Origin: Nitrospirae bacterium RIFCSPHIGHO2_01_FULL_66_17
GTDB taxonomy: Bacteria; Nitrospirota; Nitrospiria; 2-01-FULL-66-17
Reading direction: 5' to 3'
DNA: 38,646 nt
NCBI GenBank assembly: GCA_001803875.1
Contig: MHEO01000019.1
Span: 4,394-43,039 of the forward strand
The notes beneath the pieces were generated by a model, which did not search any database, was not told the origin of the DNA, and saw only the letters and a list, made by a program, of their open reading frames with translations. This document shows, piece after piece, positions 37,651 through 38,646 of this stretch; within the stretch, counting starts at the first letter, position 1; the number at the start of each line of letters is the position of its first letter. The translations under genes and the position numbers were made by a program.

Positions 37651-38646
37651 ATGCCCGAACTGCGGAAGGACCCCATCGTCAACCGGTGGGTGATCATCTC
37701 GACGGAGCGGTGGAAACGCCCCTCCGATTTCAAGATCCGCCGCGACCTGCCGGGGCGCTCGGCGCTGTGCCCGTTCTGTCCGGGCAACGAGGCGCTGACC
37801 CCGGCCGAGGTGCTCGCCTACCGCCCCGAGGGGGGGAAGGCGAACGCGCCCGGGTGGACCCTGCGCGTGGTGCCGAACAAATTCCCCGCGCTGCAGATCG
37901 AGGGCGCGTTGAACCGCGAGGGCGTCGGGATGTTCGACAAGATGACCGGCATCGGGGCGCACGAGGTGATCATCGAGTCGCCCGACCACAAGACGACACT
38001 CTCGTCCCTCCCCGACAAGGCGCTGGAGAACACCTTCTGGGCATACCGGGACCGGATCCTGGACCTGCGCAAGGACTCCCGCCTCCGCTACATCCTCATC
38101 TTCAAGAACCACGGCGTCGAGGCCGGCGCCTCGCTGGAGCACACCCACTCGCAGCTCATCGCGCTGCCGATCATCCCGATCCACGTCCTGGATGAATTGC
38201 ACGGCGCGAAGGAGCACTTCGCGGAGAAGGAGCGGTGCATCTACTGCGACATCCTCAAGCAGGAGATCAGCGACGGCAGCCGCCTCGTGTGCGAGAACGG
38301 CGATTTCGCGTGCCTGGCCCCGTTCGCCCCGCGCTTTCCCTTCGAGGTCTGGGTCCTGCCGAAGGCCCACGCCTCGAACTTCGAGGAGAGCCAGAAGTCG
38401 CAGTTTGAGTCGCTCGCGCGCCTGTTCTCGGAGGTCATGCGCCGCCTCGACCGCGCCCTCGACACGCCGCCCTACAACTTCATCCTCCACAGCGCGCCCC
38501 TGCGCGAGAAGGCCGACGACTACCACCACTGGCACTTCGAGATCATGCCGCGGCTCTCCGAGGTGGCGGGTTTCGAGCGCGGCTCGGGCTTCTACCTCAA
38601 CCCGACCCCGCCCGAGGAGGCGGCGAAGTTTTTGCGGGAGGTGGAG
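37651..38646 (+). CDS. GalT-type (HIT superfamily branch III) hexose-1-phosphate nucleotidyltransferase / ADP-glucose phosphorylase-like, 3' truncated by the window end
   Basis: My own translation from the ATG at 37651 gives 332 codons with no stop before the window edge, so this ORF is absent from the track. Motifs: CPFCPGNE (Zn site), [25 protein letters not shown], and [11 protein letters not shown] (the HxHxQ active site). Confidence 0.85.
   Translation, partial: MPELRKDPIVNRWVIISTERWKRPSDFKIRRDLPGRSALCPFCPGNEALTPAEVLAYRPEGGKANAPGWTLRVVPNKFPALQIEGALNREGVGMFDKMTGIGAHEVIIESPDHKTTLSSLPDKALENTFWAYRDRILDLRKDSRLRYILIFKNHGVEAGASLEHTHSQLIALPIIPIHVLDELHGAKEHFAEKERCIYCDILKQEISDGSRLVCENGDFACLAPFAPRFPFEVWVLPKAHASNFEESQKSQFESLARLFSEVMRRLDRALDTPPYNFILHSAPLREKADDYHHWHFEIMPRLSEVAGFERGSGFYLNPTPPEEAAKFLREVE

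Noticed and set aside
34449-37787. A 1112-aa minus-strand ORF and the 1057-aa plus-strand ORF 34461-37634, which look like giant overlapping genes.
   Set aside because: Only the 3' 882 nt of the minus ORF encode PdxS, and only 35457-37634 of the plus ORF encode GH57. In each case the remainder is antisense to a real gene and has no protein-like sequence.

Overview
GC-rich (by eye about 65-70% GC) chromosomal segment, almost entirely tightly packed housekeeping genes. I found no CRISPR array, transposase, integrase, phage gene, tRNA or rRNA. Gene order: FN3-domain protein (5' partial), PilZ, thiS-thiG-thiE, a complete Pup-proteasome module (mpa-dop-pup-prcB-prcA-pafA) followed by an M23 peptidase, an orphan gene, a short PpiD/SurA_N-like chaperone (-), an RDD protein, mreBCD-mrdA-rodA, rng, dprA, topA, an ATP-grasp-like ligase coupled to a lysine 2,3-aminomutase, dcd, a cold-shock protein, hemW (-), a UB2H-containing class A PBP with a coupled TPR lipoprotein, an AsmA-family protein, a Fis-type regulator (-), pdxT/pdxS (-), a GH57 glycosidase, and a GalT/HIT-type nucleotidyltransferase that runs off the 3' edge and is absent from the ORF track. 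AsmA, a SurA_N-type chaperone and a lipobox lipoprotein point to a diderm host. Together with the Pup-proteasome this suggests a Nitrospirota-like rather than actinobacterial lineage, but that is inference only. The observations most worth follow-up are: (1) the GTGA-coupled ATP-grasp/KamA pair, a candidate uncharacterised beta-lysine ligation system; (2) the Pup(GGE)-proteasome operon, which overlaps thiE upstream, carries an internal promoter, and is followed 1 nt later by an exported M23 peptidase; (3) a candidate LpoP-like activator coupled to PBP1B. Many long ORFs in the track are antisense or upstream-extension artefacts of GC bias and were rejected.
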